Positions 13,835 through 48,244 of a DNA stretch of 64,000 nucleotides are shown here, in pieces. The notes under the pieces were generated by a model. It searched no databases. It worked only from the letters and a program-made list of their open reading frames with translations, and was not told the origin of the DNA. Source of the DNA: Lingula anatina (Eukaryota > Animalia > Brachiopoda); assembly GCA_051362555.1 (NCBI GenBank), contig CM120647.1:19444651-19508650 (forward strand), read 5' to 3'. A program made the translations under genes and the position numbers. The stretch's first letter is position 1. The number at the start of each line of letters is the position of its first letter.

Positions 13835-16018
13835 ATATTAAGTAATTAGGAAAGAAATACATAAACTAGCATAATTATTTATTTCTAACAATATATTCGA
13901 GCATTTTCCTCTTTAACCATTTTCATGAAATAATAAATAAATTAATGAATTTAATTAATGAAAAAATGAAAGCATAAATAAATAAATAAATATTAAGTAA
14001 TTAGGAAAGAAATACTTGAGTAAATAAATGAATGAATGAATGAGTGAATGAACAAGTGGATAAATAAACAAAAAAATGAATTCATAAATAAATAAATAAA
14101 ACAAAGTTTACCCATGTCCCAAAGTACAGTTTCTTGGCCACGGGTTTAGTCCCTTGAGATCCGTAGTATTCCAGGAAATAAAAGGAGACGTCTGGAGACG
14201 ACAGGTTCACAGGACCCTGCAGGTCTAAGTTTGCGTGCTCTGCCAACTCCTGGAAACATTCAGTGATAACATCTTTCTGTTATTTTTGGGAAGATAAAAC
14301 TACAAATTAATTTACATACAATTAATACATTAATTATTATCTACATGGCTTATGGAAATATAAGGTCTAGTTGCATTGCTTCAAATTGTTTCCATGGAGC
14401 ACATATTACAAACTATCTAGTAAACAATATTATATAATTAATTCATCTATTTCAGTTTTTGTTTAAAAAAAAATCACTGTCTGAAAAGGCACTTACCTGC
14501 AATCTTTTTGGTATTGTTTGAAAATCCTGCTTGAGGTTGTATGATTCAATGTTGATCTTAAATGACTTGCTAGGTGAACAGTAAGCTTCCTGTAAAAATA
14601 CAACATAATAACTTTGTGGCAAATAGCACTTGGAATTTGTAAATAATTTTTTACCATTATAAAAAACACTGTAACAGTGCTAGAGTTATGGCCACTCAAA
14701 ATTTAAGGAGAGAAAATCTAAATATTTGACATGTTTACACATGTTTACAACTGAGAAAAACAATACTCTAACAACTCATGTAGAAATGAATCATATAATA
14801 TCATCAGCACATTAGATACAGATTGATAAGTCACCTTAAAAGTATCTTTAAGCTGTTTTATATTCTGGTATAACTCTTCCCTTGATGTTCCCTCTGCCCA
14901 GTAATTATATACACTCCTGAAAATATCACAGATAAACATGTATATATACTTGCTTCCACTATGCACATATGAATTTACAATCTATAAACTGGTTTTTGAA
15001 TGCTATGTTTCATAATTTAAGCAGAGATGAAAGTTAACCTTTTTAATTCCAAAAATGCAAGCAAGCTTGCATATCTTGAAATAAATAAATAAATAAAATT
15101 GAAACATGTATACTGTATCATTACAAACATACCTAACAAGTACTGTTCTGCTAGTAATTTGTTTTGCTTGCTTCTCATTTTCAAGAGTTACAACAATGAA
15201 TGGATCCTAAAATGAAACAAATCTCACTTCAATATACAAAAAGTTTATAGATACATGTAACAAATGGTTTTCTAATTTGAAATGATATTTATGTCCTTGG
15301 GAAAAAGAAAAGAAAAAGACATATGAATATTGATCACTGGACGTATTGAAGTATGTTCTAAATATGCTAGAGATATATGGATCCATCAATATTTTAATAT
15401 CAAAATAAATCAAAACAGTTTGGTATGCGAGCACATTCATTAATTGCAGCAGTTGCATGTACTATTAACTGCATGTAAGCCAGCCATTGATTTTCACTAG
15501 CAAAGATTTTAATTCGCCAAAATTCAAGTTGGGTGTTCCAGACTTTTTTTATTAAGATGATATACAGAGATTCATACCTGAAAATATTTTATGCAGAGCC
15601 AATATTGAGCAGAATGGTTTTACGGAATTCTGTTAATTAAAATGAAATTGAATTTTATACCTGCTTGTCGTACGATTTTGGATCAAAACCGAGCTGAATA
15701 CTGAAGTAGTCCGCTACTGCTTTAAGTTCCTAAAAGACCGAAAAATACATGTTTGTTACAAACCAGTTCCTATAACAATGCCGAATAACTTGGACGAAAG
15801 AAAACATTCGACGTCTAGAGAAGGTGAAATAAATTTTTACATGCAGAGAAAAAAATCATCAAATATACAGTATCCAAAACAAACCATGAATTAATATTTT
15901 GGTGGTATTTAACGTTTGTGTTATATTAAAAAGCACTCACAGGTAGTTTGAAATCGACTAAATCGTTTACAAAATGAAAAATAAATCTCTTTCCCACGTT
16001 TCCACTGGGCGCAGACAT
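9669..16018 (-). CDS. TRMT11: tRNA (guanine(10)-N2)-methyltransferase TRMT11, about 494 aa, 15 exons
   Basis: Exons 16018-15941, 15729-15661, 15206-15133, 14916-14835, 14589-14497, 14249-14112, 13598-13538, 12979-12884, 12333-12253, 11703-11536, 11236-11110, 10857-10723, 10549-10435, 10086-9957, 9706-9669. Motifs: KRHYIGNTSMDA, VLDPFVGTGSLL (SAM binding), GTDID, FDAIVTDPPYGIRE, LGGHLVYWLP, SRRLITM. The last exon is less certain; read-through to the stop at 9937 is an alternative. Confidence 0.95.
13678..14015. repeat. Direct tandem duplication in a TRMT11 intron (copies start 191 bp apart)
   Basis: 13678-13860 and 13869-14015 are identical apart from the length of the (AAAT)n tract. Confidence 0.9.
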
Positions 16019-16238
16019 ATTGGCGTTCTTGAGGATTGTGGGATAGACAATATATGTTTTACTGAAAATGCCCTTAGTAGATTTCCCCAAAATTAAAGAA
16101 AATCCTGAACGAATATCTATCATATGCTGAAGCATAATATTGCATGATGGATGTTCCAGGGGCTCTAATTGCAAAGAAATATTAAATAATTTATAAAGGT
16201 CATGACCTAAATATCGTGACCTTGAAATCAAAACAAAC
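16019..16238. promoter_or_regulatory. Bidirectional promoter and 5' UTRs shared by TRMT11 and PSMF1
   Basis: Only 220 bp separate the divergent start codons (16018 minus, 16239 plus). Confidence 0.8.
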
Positions 16239-17018
16239 ATGGCTAACGCTGGACATGAATTGCTATTTTGCAGCGTCAGAGATCAGTTGTCGTCTGCACA
16301 AGATGTTGTTGTGAGTTCTTTACATTGGTGCTTGGTCAGCAATGATTTCAAATGCATTGGCAGCGGAGAAAGGGTGAGTGTCAATTAGTGAAACTACATA
16401 AATCAACAACAAACCCGTCCTTTCTATTTTGGATATTCTGTCTACAGTCTAGTAAATTAATGCTATTGGCCATTGTGAGTCTTGTGAGCCTGCTGCATGA
16501 ATGAAATCGAAAAAAGGTATTTTTTTTTTTTTTTTTTTTTTTTTTGTGTTTTTTTTTTTGTGTTTTTTTGTGTTTTTTTTTTGTCGAAGCAGATGCAAAG
16601 TAGTAAATGTAAATAACCATATCATTGTGTAGGGTACGGTAATGCAAGAAGCACTTGGATTTTGTCTTGTTCCTCTTGCTATGCATTTTTTAAATTGCCA
16701 ATATTGTCGGGGTGGAGGGAGAGAGAATGAGAGAGAGAGTATTACTAGTATGATGACTCCAGTGCTATATATTTCAAAGTCTTGGCTCTATAAAGGTTCC
16801 AGCTCATCCTCGTCAAAGCGAGATGTTGCCCTCACACTGGAACTCGTCACAAGATGTCTACATGCTCCTGTACCAACACAACCACAAGACATATCTGCTG
16901 AAGATTGTACAGATGGACAGCATGCTTCTAGTACATTTGATGGTAAGTTGAAAATTTAGTTGTAGACAACCAATAATAAATAAATAAGTAAATACATAAA
17001 TGAATGAGTGAATGAATA

Positions 17019-17057
<39 letters not shown>

Positions 17058-19056
17058 ACAAACAAACAAATAGTGAAGAAAAATAACAATTATATTAAAA
17101 TATGTGTTCAGCATTCATATTGTGAAGATGACTTTTTCTCTTATTTTTGTAGCGTCATGAAGATGAAAAGGTAACAAGCATGTCCATAAAGGTGAAAGAC
17201 TTTGCCACAGAAGATTTCTCTACATTCCACAGGTACTGTACAAGTATGATTTGTTGATGAAATACTCTAGAAAATTAAATGCAGTATATGCTAGTACTCT
17301 TGAGTCTTTTCTGCACATTAGTTTTATAAAAATCTTATTCACTGTATTCTACTTCTACTTTCTCCTTGATACATTGTTCACAGTGCAGTCATTTGAAATT
17401 TTGTAAAAACTTGTGAGGCTTGCCTTAGAGTTATTGTCTTAGTCCTCCTGTAATACAAGTAACTTGCATGGTGATAAAGAAAAAAATTAATGACACTTCC
17501 AGTGAAACATTATTTTATATAAAAAGATTGTGCAATTTATATATTGTACCTTGTTTTATTTTTAGTGCCACCAAAAATATGAGTAAACTACAGTCAAGAG
17601 TCAAGCAAGAGCTGCTGGCTGAGTTTGTTGCAGGGAATGCTCACCAGAGGGCAGCAGGTAGCAGGAGGGGACAGGGTCATAGTAGAGATGAGGATGATCC
17701 TCTGAGGATACCACCGTCACATTCACAGAGGAGCAGGCATGAATGGTAATTCTTTAATTTTTTTTTCTTTTTTTCTCTTTATTTTTTGTATGGTTTATGA
17801 ATGGCATTGATAAAAAGATGGATAACTTACATTTGGACATCATATTAATAATTATGTGTATAATTCTTTCAAGTTGAAGATTATTGTACTCAGTATTATA
17901 TGTCTCATGCCCGTCAGAGCAGAAGAAACTATAGTATGCGTTCATGTCACTTAAAGAAACATTTATATAGCATTAATGGAACAATTATCTGGTTTGATAT
18001 GAAGGCTTTCTTCCCTCTGATAAAAGAAAAATGTGCATAAGACTAAAGCCTGTACCAGAGATGCTTCAGTTACTGTTACACTGTTTCTCACCTCCATAGG
18101 GAGCAACAGAATGATCCTTTTGCTGTAGGAGGAGCTGACCTTGACCCATTTGGGGGTCACCCTGGGGGTGGTGGGATGCTGATGGACCCCAGGAGAGGAG
18201 GATTGCCTGGAGTGAGACCAGACCCCAGTGCGGGACTGCCGGGACGATTACCTCCGTAAGTGAAACACCTTTTAGGCACACCTTCCAACTGAATGTTTTA
18301 TGTGTTGTTTCACAGTCAGAGGGTTCATTTGTCCAAACCTTATTCAGAAACTTTGTTTGACTTCATCATATTTTATATGTCTTGATAGAGCTAAAAAGAC
18401 CGATGATGATCTGGACACAAGTTTGTAAAGAAAATTTTGCCTTTGTTTAAAGGTTTTAAAATTTGGCACACATTTAAGGGAACAGAATAAATTCTCTGTA
18501 TTGCTTGCACTGAAATAAAAATTTACCAATATTTATCAATTTATGACAATGAATTGATAAATATTATGTTATTTTGAAGTGATTTTTTTCCTTCTAAGGA
18601 TACAAATTGTTATATTAAATTAACTCAATAAAATAAGACAATTTTTCAAGACAATAAGCTTGTCTTGCAGTGGAGCAGTGCCACCTGGTGCCAGATTTGA
18701 TCCATTTGGTCCTGGGCCTCTTGGTGGTAATAGGGCTGGGTAAGTATGGTTGATAATTTATTAATTTAATTAACTTGAAGCCTTTGAATATAATATATTG
18801 ATAAAGACTGGCTATTTGTATTTATATTTTTTCATTTTTAAATTATTTTTTCTTCAATTTGTATACCTTTTTCTTAAACAAATCAATAAATAATGACAAA
18901 AATTGTATTGAAAATAGTAAAAATTAATTTTTGTGTGAATTTTTGATATTCTGTAAATTCTTCAAATTTTTGTTATTTTCCGGGATTGTTCTTTTCTATT
19001 TCAGTCCAGACCCAGACCACCTCCCTCCTCCTGGTTATGATGATATGTTCATGTGA
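16239..19056 (+). CDS. PSMF1: Proteasome inhibitor PI31 subunit, about 272 aa, 7 exons
   Basis: Exons 16239-16373, 16796-16942, 17153-17232, 17566-17745, 18100-18255, 18671-18739, 19005-19056. N-terminal FP domain (LHWCLV..FKCIG, SEMLPSHWN..DVY), DPLRIPP, VGGADLDPF..GGGMLMDP, GAVPPGARFDPFGP, ending PDPDHLPPPGYDDMFM*. Confidence 0.95.
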
Positions 19057-20879
19057 CCACATTCACAGCATCTGATTGGCTTAGATCAGTCACATGGACA
19101 AATATGTTCCAAGTGTTTGGGTTCATAGAGGGCGAGTGTTGGGTTTGATTTGAGAGTTAATTTCAAAGTTATTGGTTATTATACTACACACATTTCTCAA
19201 AATCTCCACAGCCAAGGAATCTGACAGTGATCATTGGGTAGTATACTATAGCCAGTAGAACTGGACATTAGGAGTAGTCACTGTAAAATTTCAGGTTTGA
19301 TTATTCTTATTTTGAACAGTTAATCTGAAAAGAAGTTCAGACGGCTGGGAACAGCTTTCAAGCTTGAGGTTTCTTGACACATTTTATAATGCTACATCAT
19401 CGTTATTTTCAATTTTGATTCTAGTAGAATTCAGACAGAATTTTTGTAAAAGCAGTTTTGTTTAGAAGTTTCATTGGGCAGTAAAAATAATTTTGTAATA
19501 TTTAATATTTAAACTTTGGTGCAATTTAGAAAGTTACATGTCATTAAATGTTATAATTTTGGGAATAAATCAAATAAAGCTGTTCAACAATATTTTTCCC
19601 TAAAACAAAAGGGGTATGGACATTATGTTGTCATCATCCATTTTTTCAACCTCTGACATGCAAAATATTTTTACTATCAAATATTTTTAAAGAAATAATC
19701 ATTAAAGCAGTGTAAATAAATTGAACATGCCAAAAAGAAGACAAAGAAAAAATAATATCATTTTTTAATGAATTTATTTCTTACTTTTCTCATATATGGC
19801 ACAAAAAACAGCAAACATGAATTTCTTATCAATCAATATGATTGAAGATGTCTCAATAAAAAGTACAACTTGTCTGTTTCTATATACGTAATAATGATAC
19901 GACTTTCTGTCACAAAATGACTACATAAGTTTACCCGTCTACACAGTTCGTCACAATAATAATTAAATTGTTACAAAACAAATAAATTAAGATACAACTG
20001 AAAAGAACTAATGGATTTTTGTAAGAAAGATCTATTTGGGAAAGTAGGGAAAAATGCCACAAACTGAAACCTAATATAAATCACCCCTTTTAAATGCAAC
20101 AAAAGCCTAGGCCAGCTTCACAAAAAACTTTGGACAGAAAACTGGTTTAACCTTGCAAACTCTTTCATCAAATTTTACCCAACAGTAATCCACAAATGTA
20201 AATTACCTGTACAGTAGTCTAAAACATTAGCCATGCCATAAATAGCTTGTCTTTTTAAGACCATATTTTAATTTCAATAGACTACCAGTGAGCTTACTTA
20301 TCTCAAGTTGAACGTCTAGAAAGGTCAACATTTTCAGGCCAATTTTTTTTGGGGGGGTAAACCAGCTCCTAGCCTTCTAACTAAATGCAACAGCCTAGAC
20401 AATCTTATAACACCCTGCAATCTTGAATGATTTTGATTATTATTATTACTAATTTTTTTTTTTTTTTGGGGGGGGGGGTTGGGTTGAAATATAAGTTCAG
20501 GAATAATAATTCATTCATTTTCTTTGCAACTATGAGCTCCTAGCAGTTACTAGCGCAAGACCGTATTGTAGAACTGCAAACTGTTGCAGTATTAAACTCC
20601 TAGACACTGTTCAATCCAGGCAAGCAGCGCACATTGCTTCATGTTAAATGCATCTGTCATATAAAAACCATCATATTTTTAATTGACTCTCAACACATGA
20701 ACACACACATCCAAATTCTGTTTTGTAACATTATAGAGTCAAACATGAATGCCATATTCATGTTAGTAAAACATGCCTAGCAATTTTAAATAGCTCAAAA
20801 TGAATTTTTCGGTGGGCAAATAGTTTTATCCAGGTTTATTAATATCAGGATATTGAAATTCATCTTCAACCTGGTTTAA

Positions 20880-20912
<33 letters not shown>

Positions 20913-21954
20913 CGAAGTAAATATATACTTGTCTAGTTTTTACCTACACATGTAAAAACTGAACCCTAGGGTTTTAAAGCCAGACATGTACTCAGAAAGC
21001 AAATTTAGTGTTAGAATTTCTAAACTACACCCATAAGTGAAAAAAAAAAGAAAAAAACTTGAGTGGGAATCATACAAGAGAGCCCAGTAAGGTTTAAGAA
21101 CTATAAATCTTTGTTGATCCATCCTCCATTTTTGACCCTCTTCTGGCAGAATAAGAATAAACATGAAAAATTCTGACCGTCTTCCCAAAGAACCAAAAGA
21201 TGGCCTCCATCCACCCCTGCAAATGCCTACTTTAAGGCTGTCTCAGATGATTCCACATAAACAGCATATCAAACAGGTGCACAAACATGTTTTCATTGTC
21301 TGATGTACATCTTGGATAATTCAATCTGTACTATTATAATAAATTATAATACTGATATGTCTCTCCAACTATTCTCATCTCTTAATATAGACAATACCCC
21401 ATAAGGCATCAGTTATTTTTGCCTTATTTGGTAACTGCACCATCCTGTTTCCTTTATTATATTTATAGCCTTTCGTTATTATTTCAATGTACAATCCAAC
21501 AGCATGTAATTGCAAGAAATAATAATAATAATAATAATAATAATGTGATTATCATCAATTCATCATCATCATCTTCTAGAATATGTTCAATGGTATGGAG
21601 TGGGAAATATTTCAGTAGGTGATGTCCTCCCACTATACAAACCAGTGATACAAACCAAGTTAGAATTTTTCCCTAAACTAACCAAAAAAGGTCACCACTA
21701 AAGCAAAATATACTAGATAAACAACCACATTCAAAACAATTTTTGAGTTGGACTTCGTTCCAGAACTTCACAATTATTGTTATTTATGCTAGGTTTTCTA
21801 TGACTAGAATAAAAAAACTTCAAGATATCGTTTATCTAGGAGTAAAAACCAAGAGGAATGGCACAAATTTCTTAATTTGATGAAACAGTAATGGACATGT
21901 TAATGTGAAGTCAGATGTCTAGCAGTATGTGTGTCAAATATGAGAGCTTCATGG

Positions 21955-22437
21955 AAGTGTGTTAGTTGAGACAGTGTGTTAGGTGTTCTAATAAGGACAG
22001 TGTATTAGGTATGTCAATGAGCACAGTGTGTTAGGTGTGTCACTGAGCACAGTATATTAAGCATTCCAATGAGCACAATGCGTTTGGTGTGCCTATGAGG
22101 ATAGTGTGTTAGGTGTGCCAATGAGCACAGTGTGTTAGGTATGCCAATGAGCACAGTGTGTTAGGTGTGCCAATGAGCACAGTATATTAAGCATTCCAAT
22201 GAGAACAATGCGTTTGGTGTGCCTATGAGGATAGTGTGTTAGTTGTGCCAATGAGCACAGTGTTAGGTGTGCCAATGAGCACAGTGTGTTAGGTGTGCCA
22301 CTGAGCACAGTATATTAAGCATTCCAATGAGCACAATGCGTTTGGTGTGCCTATGAAGATAGTGTGTTAGGTGTGCCAATGAGCACAATGTGGTAGGTGT
22401 GCCAATGTGCAGTGCTAAACTATTGTGTTAGGTGTGA
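21955..22437. repeat. 26-bp minisatellite with a 5-monomer higher-order repeat, in the probable PHTF 3' UTR
   Basis: Consensus GAGCACAGTGTGTTAGGTGTGCCAAT; variant monomers recur with a period of about 130 bp. Confidence 0.9.
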
Positions 22438-23093
22438 TAATAACCAATATGGCAGTACATGTAATTCTGGGGATGGCAGGTTGTGGCACATCATTGTATC
22501 ACTTACATCATTCTTCTCCAAAATAATAATAATAATAATAACAACAATAAAATACTTATCACAAAATGTCAAACTAATAAAAAACAACAACACAGAATAA
22601 ATGGGTATAAACAAATACTGAATGAAGTGTTTTGTAAACATAGAATTTCAATGTAAATAACAGACATTAAGTCTCATATCATATTATTAGAGCAAAACAT
22701 TTAAGGCCTGACTAGAAGTATGGCTATCTAAGATATCTAAGATTGTTCTACTCTTATTGGTGGGTATGTTGAAGGGTCTAGACTTAAAAGTGAGTAAAGC
22801 TTCAAGTAAGCATGTGCTTTCCTTCATGGACAATATCACTTTTCTCCTAAGACAACTTTTAAAAAATCGCCAGGATCACCTTTCACCTCCCTGCCTTTCC
22901 TGTATTTTTAATACATCATTTTTTTCTCTCTCTTTTCCTCTCTCTCTTTCGTTGATACTTTTCCTTTCATTTCTACTTCCAAGACTCCAAAACTCTTTGT
23001 GTGGCTTCTCTATTTATCACACTCATGCTATAGTTACAGATATCAGTCTGGATATCCTTCATGCATTTTCCCCATTTATTTCCTCCCATCTTT

Positions 23094-45522
<22,429 letters not shown>

Positions 45523-46699
45523 ATCTTACTGCACTCTTTGAAGTATTGGACTTCTCCAACTGTGGCATAGGTCTAGCTGCAAAGTGACAAAGAACAACAA
45601 CTTAATTGTTATATATACCTGACTTCTTAATTAAAGCTGCAAATTTTCATAAAGTGAATATTTGAATAGAAATTTAATATAAAACTGAATATATATTATA
45701 CTGCAGAACCAATTAGCCACTGGAATGATGAGAGATAATATACTAGTAGAGATCCTTGCTGCTACAGACTTTTATCTTAATTATAATTATTTATTTATTT
45801 ACTTCTTTGTTTATTTATCTATTCATTTATATGGTTTTGTCTCTGATCAGAATGAAAACCATCATTTGACAATCATGAAAATGGTTGCAATATAACAGAA
45901 AATGGACTCTCTCTCAGGGATAAATCATATCAGATTTCTTTTGTTGCTGAAAATATTTGACAAATATGAAACCTAAATAAATATGAATAAATGATGAATT
46001 TGGGGAAAACAGTAAAAAATTTTAAAACTTCCTTCATCAATTTCCAATATGGTGAGTATTTGACTGTCATTTAGCTTCTGAATCGTTTAGGAAGAGGTAT
46101 GAAAAATACTGTACCTAATATTTTATTAATATCCTTCATAGGAAATTTTTACTAAAAATAAAGTCTGAATTTTGAAAAGAACTATCAATACTGGCACTTG
46201 CACCATTCCTTAAAATATATTTTCTATCAAAACAACTCATTGTGAACTCAAATCTAATAGCTTTCCTCAACATAACAGAGTCAAATTTGCATGAAATGCC
46301 ATCTCTTTTTATTTATTCTTTTCACCTTGTCAGCATGTATTGATTTCCTTCAGTGTTCATGGCACAGCAGCTTTTTAAACGCAATACTTTATTGATTTTA
46401 CACTGTAATGCGACACACTTGGCACATCAAAAGAAAACCAATACATAATGTGACTTGCATTTCAACCTGACTCCACGTAAGGTCGCACTCTACCACTACT
46501 TCACTTTTTGCCCTTACATGCTAAGCAGTATGCCAAAAATTGAAGGAACAGTCACTACTGTTTGAACTAAAACCACTTTAAGTCTTAGACTTAATCCAGG
46601 AAGTACTGTATGTGTGGCATGACTGCACCCACCTGCTTTGGAAATCAACCACTCGATGTTGAATGAACTTATATCCTCTGATAACTAAGGTTTTAAGCT

Positions 46700-46750
<51 letters not shown>

Positions 46751-48149
46751 TATTTATTTATTTATTTATTTATTTAAAGTCTAAAATCCAATTATGTTCA
46801 TTAAACTAAGTTTACAAAATATAGAATATAAAAGGCTGGTAAAAGAAAAGGAACAATTGCTTAAAACAAATTGATTTAATAATGAGGAATCAAACAGTGT
46901 TAGTTCATCAACTTCATGATAAAAAAGCCCTTTAAAAAGTTTACATTGCTCTTTTAGCCTGATTGTCTTTATAAGTCTCCTGAAAAGTCTTCAGAGTAAA
47001 TAATATTAAAAAATAACAGTGCACAATTAATTGTCAGGTAGCACTCACTGTGCCATTTTACCCATGAAATATCAAGCTGAACTTTTCAATGTAATATTGT
47101 ACTCAGTGCAGTACCTGACCTTTTCAAAGTTTACAGTTTTATAAATAAGTACCCTGATGAGAGTCTTATCTTGATTGCAGTACTGATGGGCAAATACCAT
47201 ACTTCTCAAACAATTGAAATCTCCACTTGACCTGTGCACTGTTCCAGAAATGACACATGAGCAGAGACTGTCTGAGATGAAACAGATCACAATTGGTTGA
47301 AAAATTCACGCAGATTTGGTTAGTCCAGATAACAAGTTCACTTTTCTTCCTGCTTGGCCTATTGAATATTATCTCAATGCACAACAATGCTTGAATGGGC
47401 AAATCAAATTGATTAACTGATTTTATTTATTTATTTTTCAAATAAAGGGTTACCAATGAAAGCTGTGAAACAGACTCGGAAGTTTTTGTATAGCGCAACG
47501 CAATTTCACTATCAGTGTTACTATTTTTGATATTTCCATGCAACATTTAAAACGGAAAAAAGGCTCAGATACAAGCAATTGGCTTCTCATTTTAATAACA
47601 AAGACAAAGAGCAGCCTTCAATGATTTTGTCCACTTACCAGATGTTAAGTTTTGTCCATTTTCACCAAATTATTTAGAGTTTTTCTCAAGATCAGCTGTG
47701 TCGTTTTCGATTACCATACAATATACTTTCCGCCCTACAGATACAAAAGAGTTCCATTAGTTATACAAGAAAGTGTATTTTTCATGTTTTCATGAGGAAG
47801 CTATTCAGTTGTGGTTCCAAACTCATACAAGACCACTTTATAAAATACATTATATTTGTTAGTTTTAGTTCGCCTTTAAACCGGCTGTAGGTCCAATGGG
47901 CTTTTAGACTTTTAGACCGTATTTCTCACCTGCCACGATCGCCCTGCCACCTAACGGCTAAACGTTGCATTAATCATTTGAAAACTTAGCTAACAAGTGC
48001 AAAATTTTTCCGTTTGTGATTTGTTGACCCCTGTCACTTATTGTTTCATTACCAGGGTATCATTTCCTATGTCAATGATCATTGACTTTTGTCTTGGATT
48101 GTTTAAAACGTTTATACGTTATATATAAGCTCCAAACAAAAGGTGAGAT

Positions 48150-48244
48150 CATCCACCTGAGGTCACGTGACCCGGAATCCGCCATTTTCGACGCAGAATG
48201 TATTGCCACAGGTAAACACCGCTTGATCAGAACACTCGGGTGCC
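48150..48244. promoter_or_regulatory. Probable bidirectional promoter (PHTF / esterase-like gene) with E-box, ETS-like and YY1 motifs
   Basis: GGTCACGTGACC palindrome at 48161-48172, CCGGAAT at 48172-48178 and CCGCCATTTT at 48179-48188 abut each other. Minus-strand splice donors at about 47929 (CAG|GTGAGA) and 47638 (CTG|GTAAGT) suggest PHTF 5' UTR exons. Confidence 0.65.

Noticed and set aside
21105-21225. Similarity to 41865-41990 as a conserved RNA element
   Set aside because: More simply a fragment of an old dispersed repeat; I saw no structural evidence.
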